DNA of 64,000 nt from Phormidium sp. Lineage in GTDB: Bacteria; Cyanobacteriota; Cyanobacteriia; Cyanobacteriales; Aerosakkonemataceae. The translations under genes were made by a program, and so were the position numbers. Location: assembly GCA_051013385.1 (NCBI GenBank), contig CP143273.1, forward strand, positions 1,120,001-1,184,000. Direction: 5' to 3'. Positions 38,608-47,204 of the stretch are shown here, one piece after another. How positions within the stretch are numbered: the stretch's first letter is position 1; each line of letters starts with the position of its first letter. The notes beneath the pieces were generated by a model, which saw only the letters and a program-made list of their open reading frames with translations, was not told the origin of the DNA and ran no database searches.

Positions 38608-41077
38608 TGAACCTGATGATGGTTACTTGCTTGCAAAAAATCGGATTTATCGAGAGGGTACTAAACAGCTAAAACCAGGATGCCATCTTGTTGTTCATAC
38701 TATAGATGTTGTCCATGCCGCAGAAACAATTTTCAGTGTTATTGGCAGCGATCTTAAACGCTTCTTTCGACTGACTGATGAACAGATGCCAACATTGCAG
38801 GCAACATCTCAACTTGCTTCTTTTTGTCACGACTGGGGAAAAGCCAACGATGGATTTCAAGATATGGTACGCCATAAGCGAAAAGATCAAGTAATACGAC
38901 ATGAACACCTTTCTGCTTTACTCATCAGCTTACCTGAAGTAAGAAGTTGGCTTGAGGGGAAGCAAAGCATCGGACAAACCATGCCTCATCATGTTGACTT
39001 TGAGTTAGTAAGATTACTTGTACTTGGGCATCACCTCAAAGCTGTAAGCAGAAAAAGAAATGAGAGATATACCGAATTTTGTAAGTTATGCAGTAAAGAC
39101 AAGGACGAGCAAAATTTTACTGTATTCTCCAAACATCAACAATTCAGAAAGTTACTGAGATGGCTATGTCGTTCACCATTTAACCTACCGGAGCCAAATT
39201 TTGTAATCCCTGAATGCTGGAGTTATTCTGATGATGACAAAAGTATAAATGTTCGTAAACTGCGGGATAGTATTTTAGGTGAATTCGCGAAATTAGAACT
39301 TCAACTTGGAAAAGATGATGCAAGATTACGGCTATTCATGGCTGCTAGAGTGATAGTACTTTCGGCTGATGCAGTAGCTTCAGGATTACGGCGTGTATCA
39401 GTTCCAGAGAACGATATATCTTTAGGGCAAAAACCGAGAGAGTTATCACAAGAAAAATGGATTGTTACAGGTCTGCAAAAAGGCAAAACTTCCAATGATA
39501 TTGAGAGACTTTTAGACAAGCGTAAAGAAATCATTATAGAGCGCAAAAAGAAAGAAAAGAAAGAAGGAATTACAGATTTTGTATTTACATATCAAAAGTT
39601 CCAAGAACAAGCAGCCAAACTCGGCGATCGCGCTTTGTTGCTTGCTCCCTGCGGCTCTGGAAAAACAATTGCTGCTTATCTCTGGATACAGAAGCAACTT
39701 GAAACACATCCTGAATGGAAAGTTATTTTTCTCTACCCAACTACAGGAACAGCAACGGAAGGCTTCAAGGATTACGCATCTCACGATGATAATGCTGCCT
39801 TAGTACATGGTCGCGCAGAATTCGACTTGAAAGGAATGTTTAATAATCCAGACGAGCGAAGTGAAAAGGATTTCCTTGCTGAGAAACGCTTATTTGCCCT
39901 TGGCTATTGGCATGATGCCATTTTCAGCGCAACTGCTGATGCGTTTTTAGGTTTCATGCAAAATAACTATTCATCTTTATGCTTGCTTCCTATGCTAGTA
40001 AAGAGTGTTGTAGTGATTGATGAAATTCATAGCTTTGATTATGCAATGTTTTCAGCCCTACTGGAATTTTTAGAAAAATTTGATATTCCTGTTTTACTGA
40101 TGACAGCCTCACTGCAAAACGATCGATTGCAAAAATTAAAGAAAAGGATTCCCTCTCTTCAGGTATATCCCACCGAAGAAGACATGAAAGTTTTAGACGA
40201 TCTCCAAACATCAGCAGATGCAGAACGATACTCTATTAGTTTTGAAAAAGATAACTCTAGGCTAACTAAGGAAAAACCATTTCCTGATGAGCTACTTCAC
40301 ATTGCTCGTCAGGCTTATGCTGACGACTATAAAGTTCTGTGGGTTGTTAACACGGTCGCTCGATGTATTTTAATTGCTCAATTACTCGAACAGCTTGATG
40401 TTTTTTGCTACCATAGCCGTTTTATGTACGAACATCGAGTAAAACAGCATCGGAAAGTTGTAGACGCATTTCAACCTTCTAATGTAGAAGGCGCGATCGC
40501 TGTTACTACTCAAGTTTGCGAAATGAGTTTAGATTTAGATGCGGCTATTCTAATTACTGAACTTGCACCAGCACCATCATTAATTCAGCGTATGGGGCGT
40601 TGTAATCGTAAGCAAAAACCAGGTAATCCAAGTGAGTTTGGTAGGGTTTATATTTACAAGCCACGTAATGAACTACCCTATGAAAAAGAAGTTTTAGATT
40701 CTGGTGAGGAAATGTTGTCTAAACTAGACTTAACTAAACCAGTTAGCCAATCTGCGCTTTCTCAAACTTTAGAGTCTATCAATATGACTAAAGAACGTGG
40801 AAAAAATTGCTTGTTTACTACACCTACTTGGGAGGCATACAGTCCTAATGACTTTAGAGATATAGAAAATCATACTGTTTCTGCCTTACTAGAATCAAAA
40901 GTTGATAAATTTCGCTGTTTCCAGAAAAAAAATGAAAGTACAGCGGGAATTATTTTGCAAGCACCGCGAGAATGGGCTAAAAAGGCAATTAATGGAATCT
41001 GGTTGCCGATAGTCCCGGATCAAGCTGAGTCGGCAAAATACAAATATTGTACGAGATATGGATTAAGGGAGGAGTAG
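38591..41077 (+). CDS. cas3: Cas3 HD nuclease-helicase
   Basis: HDWGK, RHE, APCGSGKT, DEIH, MTAS and QRMGRCNR. ATG at 38591 preferred over the track start. Confidence 0.95.
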   Translation: MSIIANEPDDGYLLAKNRIYREGTKQLKPGCHLVVHTIDVVHAAETIFSVIGSDLKRFFRLTDEQMPTLQATSQLASFCHDWGKANDGFQDMVRHKRKDQVIRHEHLSALLISLPEVRSWLEGKQSIGQTMPHHVDFELVRLLVLGHHLKAVSRKRNERYTEFCKLCSKDKDEQNFTVFSKHQQFRKLLRWLCRSPFNLPEPNFVIPECWSYSDDDKSINVRKLRDSILGEFAKLELQLGKDDARLRLFMAARVIVLSADAVASGLRRVSVPENDISLGQKPRELSQEKWIVTGLQKGKTSNDIERLLDKRKEIIIERKKKEKKEGITDFVFTYQKFQEQAAKLGDRALLLAPCGSGKTIAAYLWIQKQLETHPEWKVIFLYPTTGTATEGFKDYASHDDNAALVHGRAEFDLKGMFNNPDERSEKDFLAEKRLFALGYWHDAIFSATADAFLGFMQNNYSSLCLLPMLVKSVVVIDEIHSFDYAMFSALLEFLEKFDIPVLLMTASLQNDRLQKLKKRIPSLQVYPTEEDMKVLDDLQTSADAERYSISFEKDNSRLTKEKPFPDELLHIARQAYADDYKVLWVVNTVARCILIAQLLEQLDVFCYHSRFMYEHRVKQHRKVVDAFQPSNVEGAIAVTTQVCEMSLDLDAAILITELAPAPSLIQRMGRCNRKQKPGNPSEFGRVYIYKPRNELPYEKEVLDSGEEMLSKLDLTKPVSQSALSQTLESINMTKERGKNCLFTTPTWEAYSPNDFRDIENHTVSALLESKVDKFRCFQKKNESTAGIILQAPREWAKKAINGIWLPIVPDQAESAKYKYCTRYGLREE

Positions 41078-41079
41078 GA

Positions 41080-43071
41080 ATGGCTAGAAAATCACAAAAT
41101 AATAATAGTGAATATCAGCAACTTGAACTCGATTTTGCTGCTGCTGATGCAAGAGCCGAAACAGAGAGTTTGCTGCAAAAGCCAAAACAAGAAAATTCGC
41201 CAAAAAACTCAAAAAAAACTACTACTAAAGAACTTGCCCCACTGGTTTACGATCCACTCGATCCATCACTTACAGTTTTTCATCGTGCTGGAATTGCTGG
41301 GTTGTACTTGCAAATCAAAGCGATGGAGAAATTGAGAGAGGATGCAGAGGATGATAAAAAGGATAACTACATTATTCCAGATTATGAGCTATCTGAGGAT
41401 GGTAGAATTTTAACCATTAGATTAACTGAAGAAAGCTTTAATTCATTAATGCGAGAACGCTATCAAGGTACAATGGTAAAGAAGGTAGTTAATTTAGAAA
41501 AACATAAGAATATAAAAGACAAGGCAAAAAAGCTAAATGAAGTATCTGACAATTTGGAAAAAGGAGAAACATTTTATAGAGTTTTCGTTCAAAAGATTGA
41601 AGAACAAGGGAAAGAAAAATTTGAATATCTTGTTTTAAGACCTGCTTTTAATTATTTTAAAGTATTCAATGCACCATTAGCTTGGCAAGAGCATATACAG
41701 AACAGTGCATGGAATTCATTTTTATGTATTTATCAGCAACAAGTATTTTTTAAAGGTTATAAAAAAGATGAGTGCGTTAGTCGAGCAGATGAATTATGGA
41801 AATCATTGATGGGGAAACCTTACAATGACTTGAAAAAACACATTTATCCAAACTCTCAAGAAAAGGATTTAAAAGGTGTGGAGATTCAAGATACTGGTCG
41901 AAGAGGATTACTACTACATTTTTGGATGCTTGTTTCCACATTCTTTACTCTGAAGGGAATTGAGTATAAGAAATCAGAAAAAACGAAAGAAAAGGAGCTT
42001 GTAGATAAATTATTTTCACCAATAATTGTTGTGCCTGCTGTTATCAATACAGAAGACTTTACAACCAAGTTTATTCAAGAGCTTGGGGAACTTCCTGAAC
42101 CTAAAGAGGGTAGTAATTATCTACCTGAGAAATATATCGCTAGTCCTCTTGAAGCCTCTCTTGCTTACTTTGCACCACGTTATGCTTATTACAAAACCAG
42201 TGCTGCTGACTCAGTTGGTATGCACGGAGTTCAAGTATGTACTTACGGAAGGACTGGTAAACAAGCCGTTATTAGAGAGATTAGCTATGAATCAATAGAT
42301 GAGGAAATCGTTGAAAGGTATAAGGATTTGTTGAGAATTTCCTCATTTCCCTATAGAGCGATGCGAGTGCAAAATTTAATTGAAGGACGAAACTGGCATG
42401 ATGGCTTTGAGCTTCTGCTTGCAAGGTATCCACTCGATCTTTTTATCGCTATTAAAGGTCAAGATGACGGTTCCAGAAAGTTTGATCGAAGAGCATTACA
42501 GCTAGTGCAGAATATCTACTATGATTTTCAGACTCAATTAAAAAAGGATAAAAAAATGAATAGGACAAGCATAGAAACTTTAATTTGGCGAATAGTTAAA
42601 AACTATGTTGAATGGCGAGCTTACAACAAGGGAAATATTTCTGAGAGTGAGCAAGCGAGGCTTAAAGAGCTAAAAAGTAATCTAATAAAACCCAATATGT
42701 CCACAACGGATAAGAAAAAAGCTAAAGACGCTCTAACCAAACATGACAAATACTCAACTTACAATAAGGCAGTTCTTGAAACTACAGCAGACTTGTTTAT
42801 CAACTTTCGTGGGCGGCGCGACCCGAAAAATTTTGCAGATGCTTTCTGTGAAACTTTTTTTCGCGCTCCTTCCTATCTTCATCCCGATCAAATGGAACAA
42901 ATTCGCTCTTTTTATGAAGGGGATGAATGGGAAAGTGGTAGAAGACTTGTCCTAATGGCTATTTCTGCTGCTGGCGCACTAGCGACTTTTGGGGCAACGG
43001 ATAATGTCAATGATTCTACAGATGATGAAGATTTAGACGTTGATGATCAAGATAATTCTGAGGAGGAATAG
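41080..43071 (+). CDS. cas8: Cas8 large subunit (MYXAN-type, Cmx8)
   Basis: FHRAGIAGLYLQI, LLLHFW, acidic tail; located between cas3 and cas7; RBS GGAG. Confidence 0.88.
   Translation: MARKSQNNNSEYQQLELDFAAADARAETESLLQKPKQENSPKNSKKTTTKELAPLVYDPLDPSLTVFHRAGIAGLYLQIKAMEKLREDAEDDKKDNYIIPDYELSEDGRILTIRLTEESFNSLMRERYQGTMVKKVVNLEKHKNIKDKAKKLNEVSDNLEKGETFYRVFVQKIEEQGKEKFEYLVLRPAFNYFKVFNAPLAWQEHIQNSAWNSFLCIYQQQVFFKGYKKDECVSRADELWKSLMGKPYNDLKKHIYPNSQEKDLKGVEIQDTGRRGLLLHFWMLVSTFFTLKGIEYKKSEKTKEKELVDKLFSPIIVVPAVINTEDFTTKFIQELGELPEPKEGSNYLPEKYIASPLEASLAYFAPRYAYYKTSAADSVGMHGVQVCTYGRTGKQAVIREISYESIDEEIVERYKDLLRISSFPYRAMRVQNLIEGRNWHDGFELLLARYPLDLFIAIKGQDDGSRKFDRRALQLVQNIYYDFQTQLKKDKKMNRTSIETLIWRIVKNYVEWRAYNKGNISESEQARLKELKSNLIKPNMSTTDKKKAKDALTKHDKYSTYNKAVLETTADLFINFRGRRDPKNFADAFCETFFRAPSYLHPDQMEQIRSFYEGDEWESGRRLVLMAISAAGALATFGATDNVNDSTDDEDLDVDDQDNSEEE
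42556..43071 (+). CDS. cas11: Probable internally translated Cas11 small subunit (171 aa)
   Basis: In-frame ATG (MNRTSIETLIW) preceded by AAGGA and an A-rich spacer in the 3' part of cas8. Confidence 0.65.
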   Translation: MNRTSIETLIWRIVKNYVEWRAYNKGNISESEQARLKELKSNLIKPNMSTTDKKKAKDALTKHDKYSTYNKAVLETTADLFINFRGRRDPKNFADAFCETFFRAPSYLHPDQMEQIRSFYEGDEWESGRRLVLMAISAAGALATFGATDNVNDSTDDEDLDVDDQDNSEEE

Positions 43072-43074
43072 ATT

Positions 43075-44193
43075 ATGTCACAAGAGAAGAAAAGAAATAA
43101 CATTTTTGGTTGTGTATTGACTCCTGAAGCCCCATCTTCTAACTATCGGGGTGGTGTTGAGGGTAATTTGAACGTTCTCCAGAAACTAAGATATGAGGAT
43201 GGCGATCGTACTATCTTCAGTGCAGAAGCAATTCGCAATCGACTAAGGGAAATGCTAAGGGAAGATGGATTCTGTTCAAATCGTTCTCGTTTGTCGAGTC
43301 AAGGACAATTGACTGTTAGGTATGAAGATTATCCGAATCCACTGAAATATATTGATGATCGGCTATTCGGGTTTTTGGCTTTAAATAAGCCAAATGACAT
43401 CAAAAGTGTTGAGGATAAGTTAAACCAAAAGCCGAAAGGGAAAGGGAAACGAAAAGAGAAACAATCTGAAGATATCACTGAACCAGAAAATGACAAAAAT
43501 AAAATTTCTCCACAGGAAACAGAGAAACTTGAAGAATTGCTCAAAAAACTCAAAGAATTTCCAGAATACCAAGGAGATTCAATTCTTCGTATTAACTACG
43601 CTATTTCTCTAAAGCCTTTTAAGTACGATGCAAGTTTACATCAATCTCCTAAAATTGTAGGAGCATTTAAAAACTCTGATGATTCAGCCATTATTCAGCG
43701 TGAAGTTCACGTTAGTGCTTATCAATATCCCTTTGGGTTGAATTTGAACGATCTTCTTGTTCCAGAGCATATATGTGAAGCTTTGAACATTAGCGAACAA
43801 CAAAAACAGGATTACGAGCAAGCCTCTAGACAATGGGCTGCGGCTTTACTAAGAGCAATTGGAGAGTTGAATGGTGTTGCAGGAAATCATGCGAGGACAA
43901 TGTTTCCTTTCTCGCCTGTTTCGATTGTGCTAAGATTAACTGCACGTCGTACCCCTGATTTCGATATTTATGGTTTTAAGCTAAATCATGCTGATACCCA
44001 TAAAGAGTTGCTTGAAGATTTGAGAGAGAACCGTTTGCCACGTAATGAGTTTTATCTCGGTGGTCAAATTGTAAAAAAGATGGACGATACTCTCAAAGTA
44101 TCCCTATCACAAGAAGGTAACTCAGTGAATCTTTTTGAGATGTCTAAAGATGCAATTGATGCCTTAATTCGTGATGCAGCTTTGGAGGCATAA
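43075..44193 (+). CDS. cas7: Cas7 (DevR-like)
   Basis: SSNYRGGVEGN..VLQK, SAEAIR, YIDDRLFG, REV...YQYPF and VAGNHAR. Confidence 0.92.
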   Translation: MSQEKKRNNIFGCVLTPEAPSSNYRGGVEGNLNVLQKLRYEDGDRTIFSAEAIRNRLREMLREDGFCSNRSRLSSQGQLTVRYEDYPNPLKYIDDRLFGFLALNKPNDIKSVEDKLNQKPKGKGKRKEKQSEDITEPENDKNKISPQETEKLEELLKKLKEFPEYQGDSILRINYAISLKPFKYDASLHQSPKIVGAFKNSDDSAIIQREVHVSAYQYPFGLNLNDLLVPEHICEALNISEQQKQDYEQASRQWAAALLRAIGELNGVAGNHARTMFPFSPVSIVLRLTARRTPDFDIYGFKLNHADTHKELLEDLRENRLPRNEFYLGGQIVKKMDDTLKVSLSQEGNSVNLFEMSKDAIDALIRDAALEA

Positions 44194-44864
44194 TGCTTTT
44201 TATCTATTTCAAAGCTCCATTTGGTGCTTTTAAGCCTTTTCAAAGCGTCGAGATGTTGGCAACAGTTGAGTTTATGACTTACTCTGCTGCCTATGGGTTC
44301 TTGCTTGGACTAGCAGGGATTAATAGCAGAGATCCACAAACAAAACAGGCTTATATAAATACTAGAATCGCACTTGGAACATTGAAACTACCAAGGAAGG
44401 GAAGAGTTCTTCAGCAATTACATAAGGGAAAACCAAGTACGGAAAATTTTGAACGTGCGAAAGGAAGAAAGCCTTATATAGATGTTTTTTGGAGAGAGAT
44501 ACTATATGACAAACTAGAAGGCTATATCGGTTTGGATAATCCTGAACTTGAGGTATTAGTAGAACGAGGCATTAACGAGCCATCAAGTTTAAGTTACTGG
44601 GGATTACCATTCATGGGAGACAATAATTTCTTTGTTCAGCAACTTGATATCGTTGAGCATCCTCAACCTTGTAGGTGGTTTTCATCTATAGACAATGGTA
44701 ATTTACCAAGAGGAGAGCGTCTTTATTATTTATCAGTTTGGACAGATTATCAAGATAGCATTCGTTCCAAAAGCTTATTATTCCGGCTGGATGAGAAACA
44801 AGAAACGCCTATTGGACAAGATAGATTTTGGGTATCAATTCAGGAAGCTAAACAAAAGCCTTAA
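44193..44864 (+). CDS. cas5: Cas5 (DevS-like)
   Basis: KAPFGAFKP, T.SAAYG.LL.LAG, QQLH and WGLPFMGDNN. Confidence 0.92.
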   Translation: MLFIYFKAPFGAFKPFQSVEMLATVEFMTYSAAYGFLLGLAGINSRDPQTKQAYINTRIALGTLKLPRKGRVLQQLHKGKPSTENFERAKGRKPYIDVFWREILYDKLEGYIGLDNPELEVLVERGINEPSSLSYWGLPFMGDNNFFVQQLDIVEHPQPCRWFSSIDNGNLPRGERLYYLSVWTDYQDSIRSKSLLFRLDEKQETPIGQDRFWVSIQEAKQKP

Positions 44865-44869
44865 TTGTT

Positions 44870-44901
44870 CTTTCAACGCGGAAAGGTTTATGCCGGATCA
44901 G
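44870..44901. repeat. Solo repeat-like element related to the 37436 mini-array repeat
   Basis: CTTTCAACGCGGAAAGGTTTATGCCGGATCAG shares TCAACG..GAAAGG.TTTA...GATCAG. Confidence 0.55.
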
Positions 44902-44968
44902 TTAGCTAGAGTAAAACTAACCCTAGAGATCGTTAAGTGTGTATTTCTATAACCTTGAATCATTGACT

Positions 44969-46639
44969 ATGTATGCTCTAGAATCAACAAATCTAACTGA
45001 ATCTAAGCAAGATACCCTTCGCGTTTCTGCCCTGCACGCCCTCGCCTATTGTCCGCGACTTTTCTATTTAGAAGAAGTCGAAGAACTTTACACCCAAGAT
45101 GCAGCAGTTTTTGCTGGTCGCAGACTGCACGTTGAAATTGAAAAACAGGAGGATGAAGAGTGGTTAGACCTATTTCTAGAAAGTGAAGAATTAGGATTAC
45201 GAGGTCGAGTTGATGCCCTTCGCACTCGTGACGGAGAAACTATTCCTTATGAACATAAGCGAGGTCGATCGCACCGTGATGATAACAATCAACCGCAAGC
45301 TTGGGAAAGCGATCGCATCCAAATCCTAGCCTACGCTTGCCTACTCGAATCCGCTTTGGGCATCACCATCAAAGAAGGTAGAATCCGTTACCATGCCGAT
45401 AACGTACTAGTTCACATTCCTTTGGACGATGCCGGACGAACCGCAGTTAAAGATGCAATTCAAAAAGCTCGATCGCTTAAGGAATCCATCCATCGTCCCC
45501 CGGTGCATGATAACGAAAGGTTATGCGCTCGTTGTTCCCTGGCTCCAGTTTGTTTACCAGAAGAAGCGCGACTAGCTCATGACCGGGAATGGCAACCGAT
45601 TCGCTTATTTCCCAAAGATGACGAACGGCAGGTACTTCATGTTTTAGAACCAGGGACAATGGTTGGTCGCACCGGAGAACAACTCAAAATCAGCCGTCGC
45701 GATCGACCAGTGGAAACCTACCCAATTCGTCAAGTCGGACAAGTGGTGCTGCACAGCTTCGCGCAAATCTCTACCCAAGCGTTGCATTTTTGTGCTGCTT
45801 CTGGGATTGGAGTACACCTGATTTCTGGTGGTGGGCGCTATCTCGGTAGTTTTGATACCAGAGTTGGCAGTATTCAGCGTCGGATTCGCCAATACCAAGC
45901 TTTGAGTAATTCTGATACTTGTTTGCAACTGGCACGAACACTGGTCACTTGTCGCGGACAAGGACAGAGGAAGTTTTTAATGCGTGGGGCTAGAGGTATC
46001 AAGGAAGTGCCAGAGAAACTGGAAAAAGCGATCGCGCAAATGCAACGCTTACTCAAACAAGTACCAAAAGCTCAGTCTTTGGAATCACTCTTAGGACTCG
46101 AAGGAAATTTAGCAGCATTGTATTTCGGTGCTTTGCCTCATCTAATTTCTCAGACAGTTCCAGAAGAATTACACTTTGATGGTCGTAATCGTCGTCCACC
46201 GCTCGATCGATTTAACGCTTTGTTGAGTTTTGGTTATGCCTTACTGATCAAGGATGTAATGAACGCGATCCTAACAGTTGGCTTAGAACCAGCGTTAGGT
46301 TTTTACCATCAACCTCGCTCCCAAGCTTCACCTTTAGCACTAGATTTGATGGAAGTTTTCCGCGTACCATTGGTGGATATGACGATCGTTGCTTCCATTA
46401 ATCGTGGACAATGGGATGTCCAAGCTGATTTTGATGCCCGCAAGCATCAAGTTTGGTTAAGTGACTCAGGGCGGCGCAAACTGGTTAGTTTATATGAAAC
46501 CCGAAAAGAGGAGAGTTGGAAACATCCGGTAACTGGCTATTCCCTAACTTATCGTCGTCTGTTGGAATTAGAAGTCCGGCTATTAGAGAAGGAATGGATG
46601 GGTGAGGGTGGTTTATTTGGTCAGCTAGTGTTGCGCTGA
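44969..46639 (+). CDS. cas1: Cas4-Cas1 fusion
   Basis: Cas4 motifs YCPR, GRVD, EHKRG, Q...Y and CARCSL..VC, followed by Cas1 motifs GLEG...YF, RNRRPP.D..NALLSFGY and LDLME.FR. Confidence 0.96.
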   Translation: MYALESTNLTESKQDTLRVSALHALAYCPRLFYLEEVEELYTQDAAVFAGRRLHVEIEKQEDEEWLDLFLESEELGLRGRVDALRTRDGETIPYEHKRGRSHRDDNNQPQAWESDRIQILAYACLLESALGITIKEGRIRYHADNVLVHIPLDDAGRTAVKDAIQKARSLKESIHRPPVHDNERLCARCSLAPVCLPEEARLAHDREWQPIRLFPKDDERQVLHVLEPGTMVGRTGEQLKISRRDRPVETYPIRQVGQVVLHSFAQISTQALHFCAASGIGVHLISGGGRYLGSFDTRVGSIQRRIRQYQALSNSDTCLQLARTLVTCRGQGQRKFLMRGARGIKEVPEKLEKAIAQMQRLLKQVPKAQSLESLLGLEGNLAALYFGALPHLISQTVPEELHFDGRNRRPPLDRFNALLSFGYALLIKDVMNAILTVGLEPALGFYHQPRSQASPLALDLMEVFRVPLVDMTIVASINRGQWDVQADFDARKHQVWLSDSGRRKLVSLYETRKEESWKHPVTGYSLTYRRLLELEVRLLEKEWMGEGGLFGQLVLR

Positions 46640-46648
46640 GGTGAGCAA

Positions 46649-46942
46649 ATGGCCCAAGCAAAAAACTGGTATTTGGTTGCTTATGATATCCGTTGCTCTA
46701 AACGCTGGCGTAAAGCTTACAAACTGTTGCAAGGATATGGGGAACGATTGCAATATTCTATGTTTCGTTGTTGGTTGACTCAACGCGATCGAGAAAAGTT
46801 ACGCTGGGAATTAGAGCAAATTTTAGCCGCAGAAGATGCGCTGCTGCTACTTCGACTCTGCAACCGCTGTGTTGAGGGAGTGCAAATGTACAACCGTCCT
46901 GGTGCATGGCCTCTGCAAGAAGAAACGTATCATATTGTCTGA
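46649..46942 (+). CDS. cas2: Cas2
   Basis: YLVAYDI..KR...K.L.GYGERLQYSMF. Confidence 0.96.
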   Translation: MAQAKNWYLVAYDIRCSKRWRKAYKLLQGYGERLQYSMFRCWLTQRDREKLRWELEQILAAEDALLLLRLCNRCVEGVQMYNRPGAWPLQEETYHIV

Positions 46943-47204
46943 TGCAAGCATCTGTGGCTGTGAAGCAATGACAATTGTTTTCATAGCTCAAAAACCTTAT
47001 CACCATTTGGTTAGAGCTTTTTTGAAGTGAAAGGAGGTGCTTGCAAAATGCTAGAATCTAGGCTGGATAAGCTTTCTGGTAATAGTACCTCACTAATTGG
47101 TCAAGGATTTTAGCCAAATTTAGAGCTGCTTTATTGCTTATTGCCGAGAGGTGCTTGTAAAATTAGTGAGCAGCGCCTGTCCTGTAATAGTTTCAGCCGC
47201 CGCT
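46943..47204 (+). promoter_or_regulatory. Leader of array 2
   Basis: Lies between cas2 and the first repeat; shares motifs with the array 1 leader. Confidence 0.85.

Noticed and set aside
41108..42955. Alternative-frame ORFs inside cas8 and other cas genes
   Set aside because: Short, without RBS or motifs, and fully overlapping well-supported genes.
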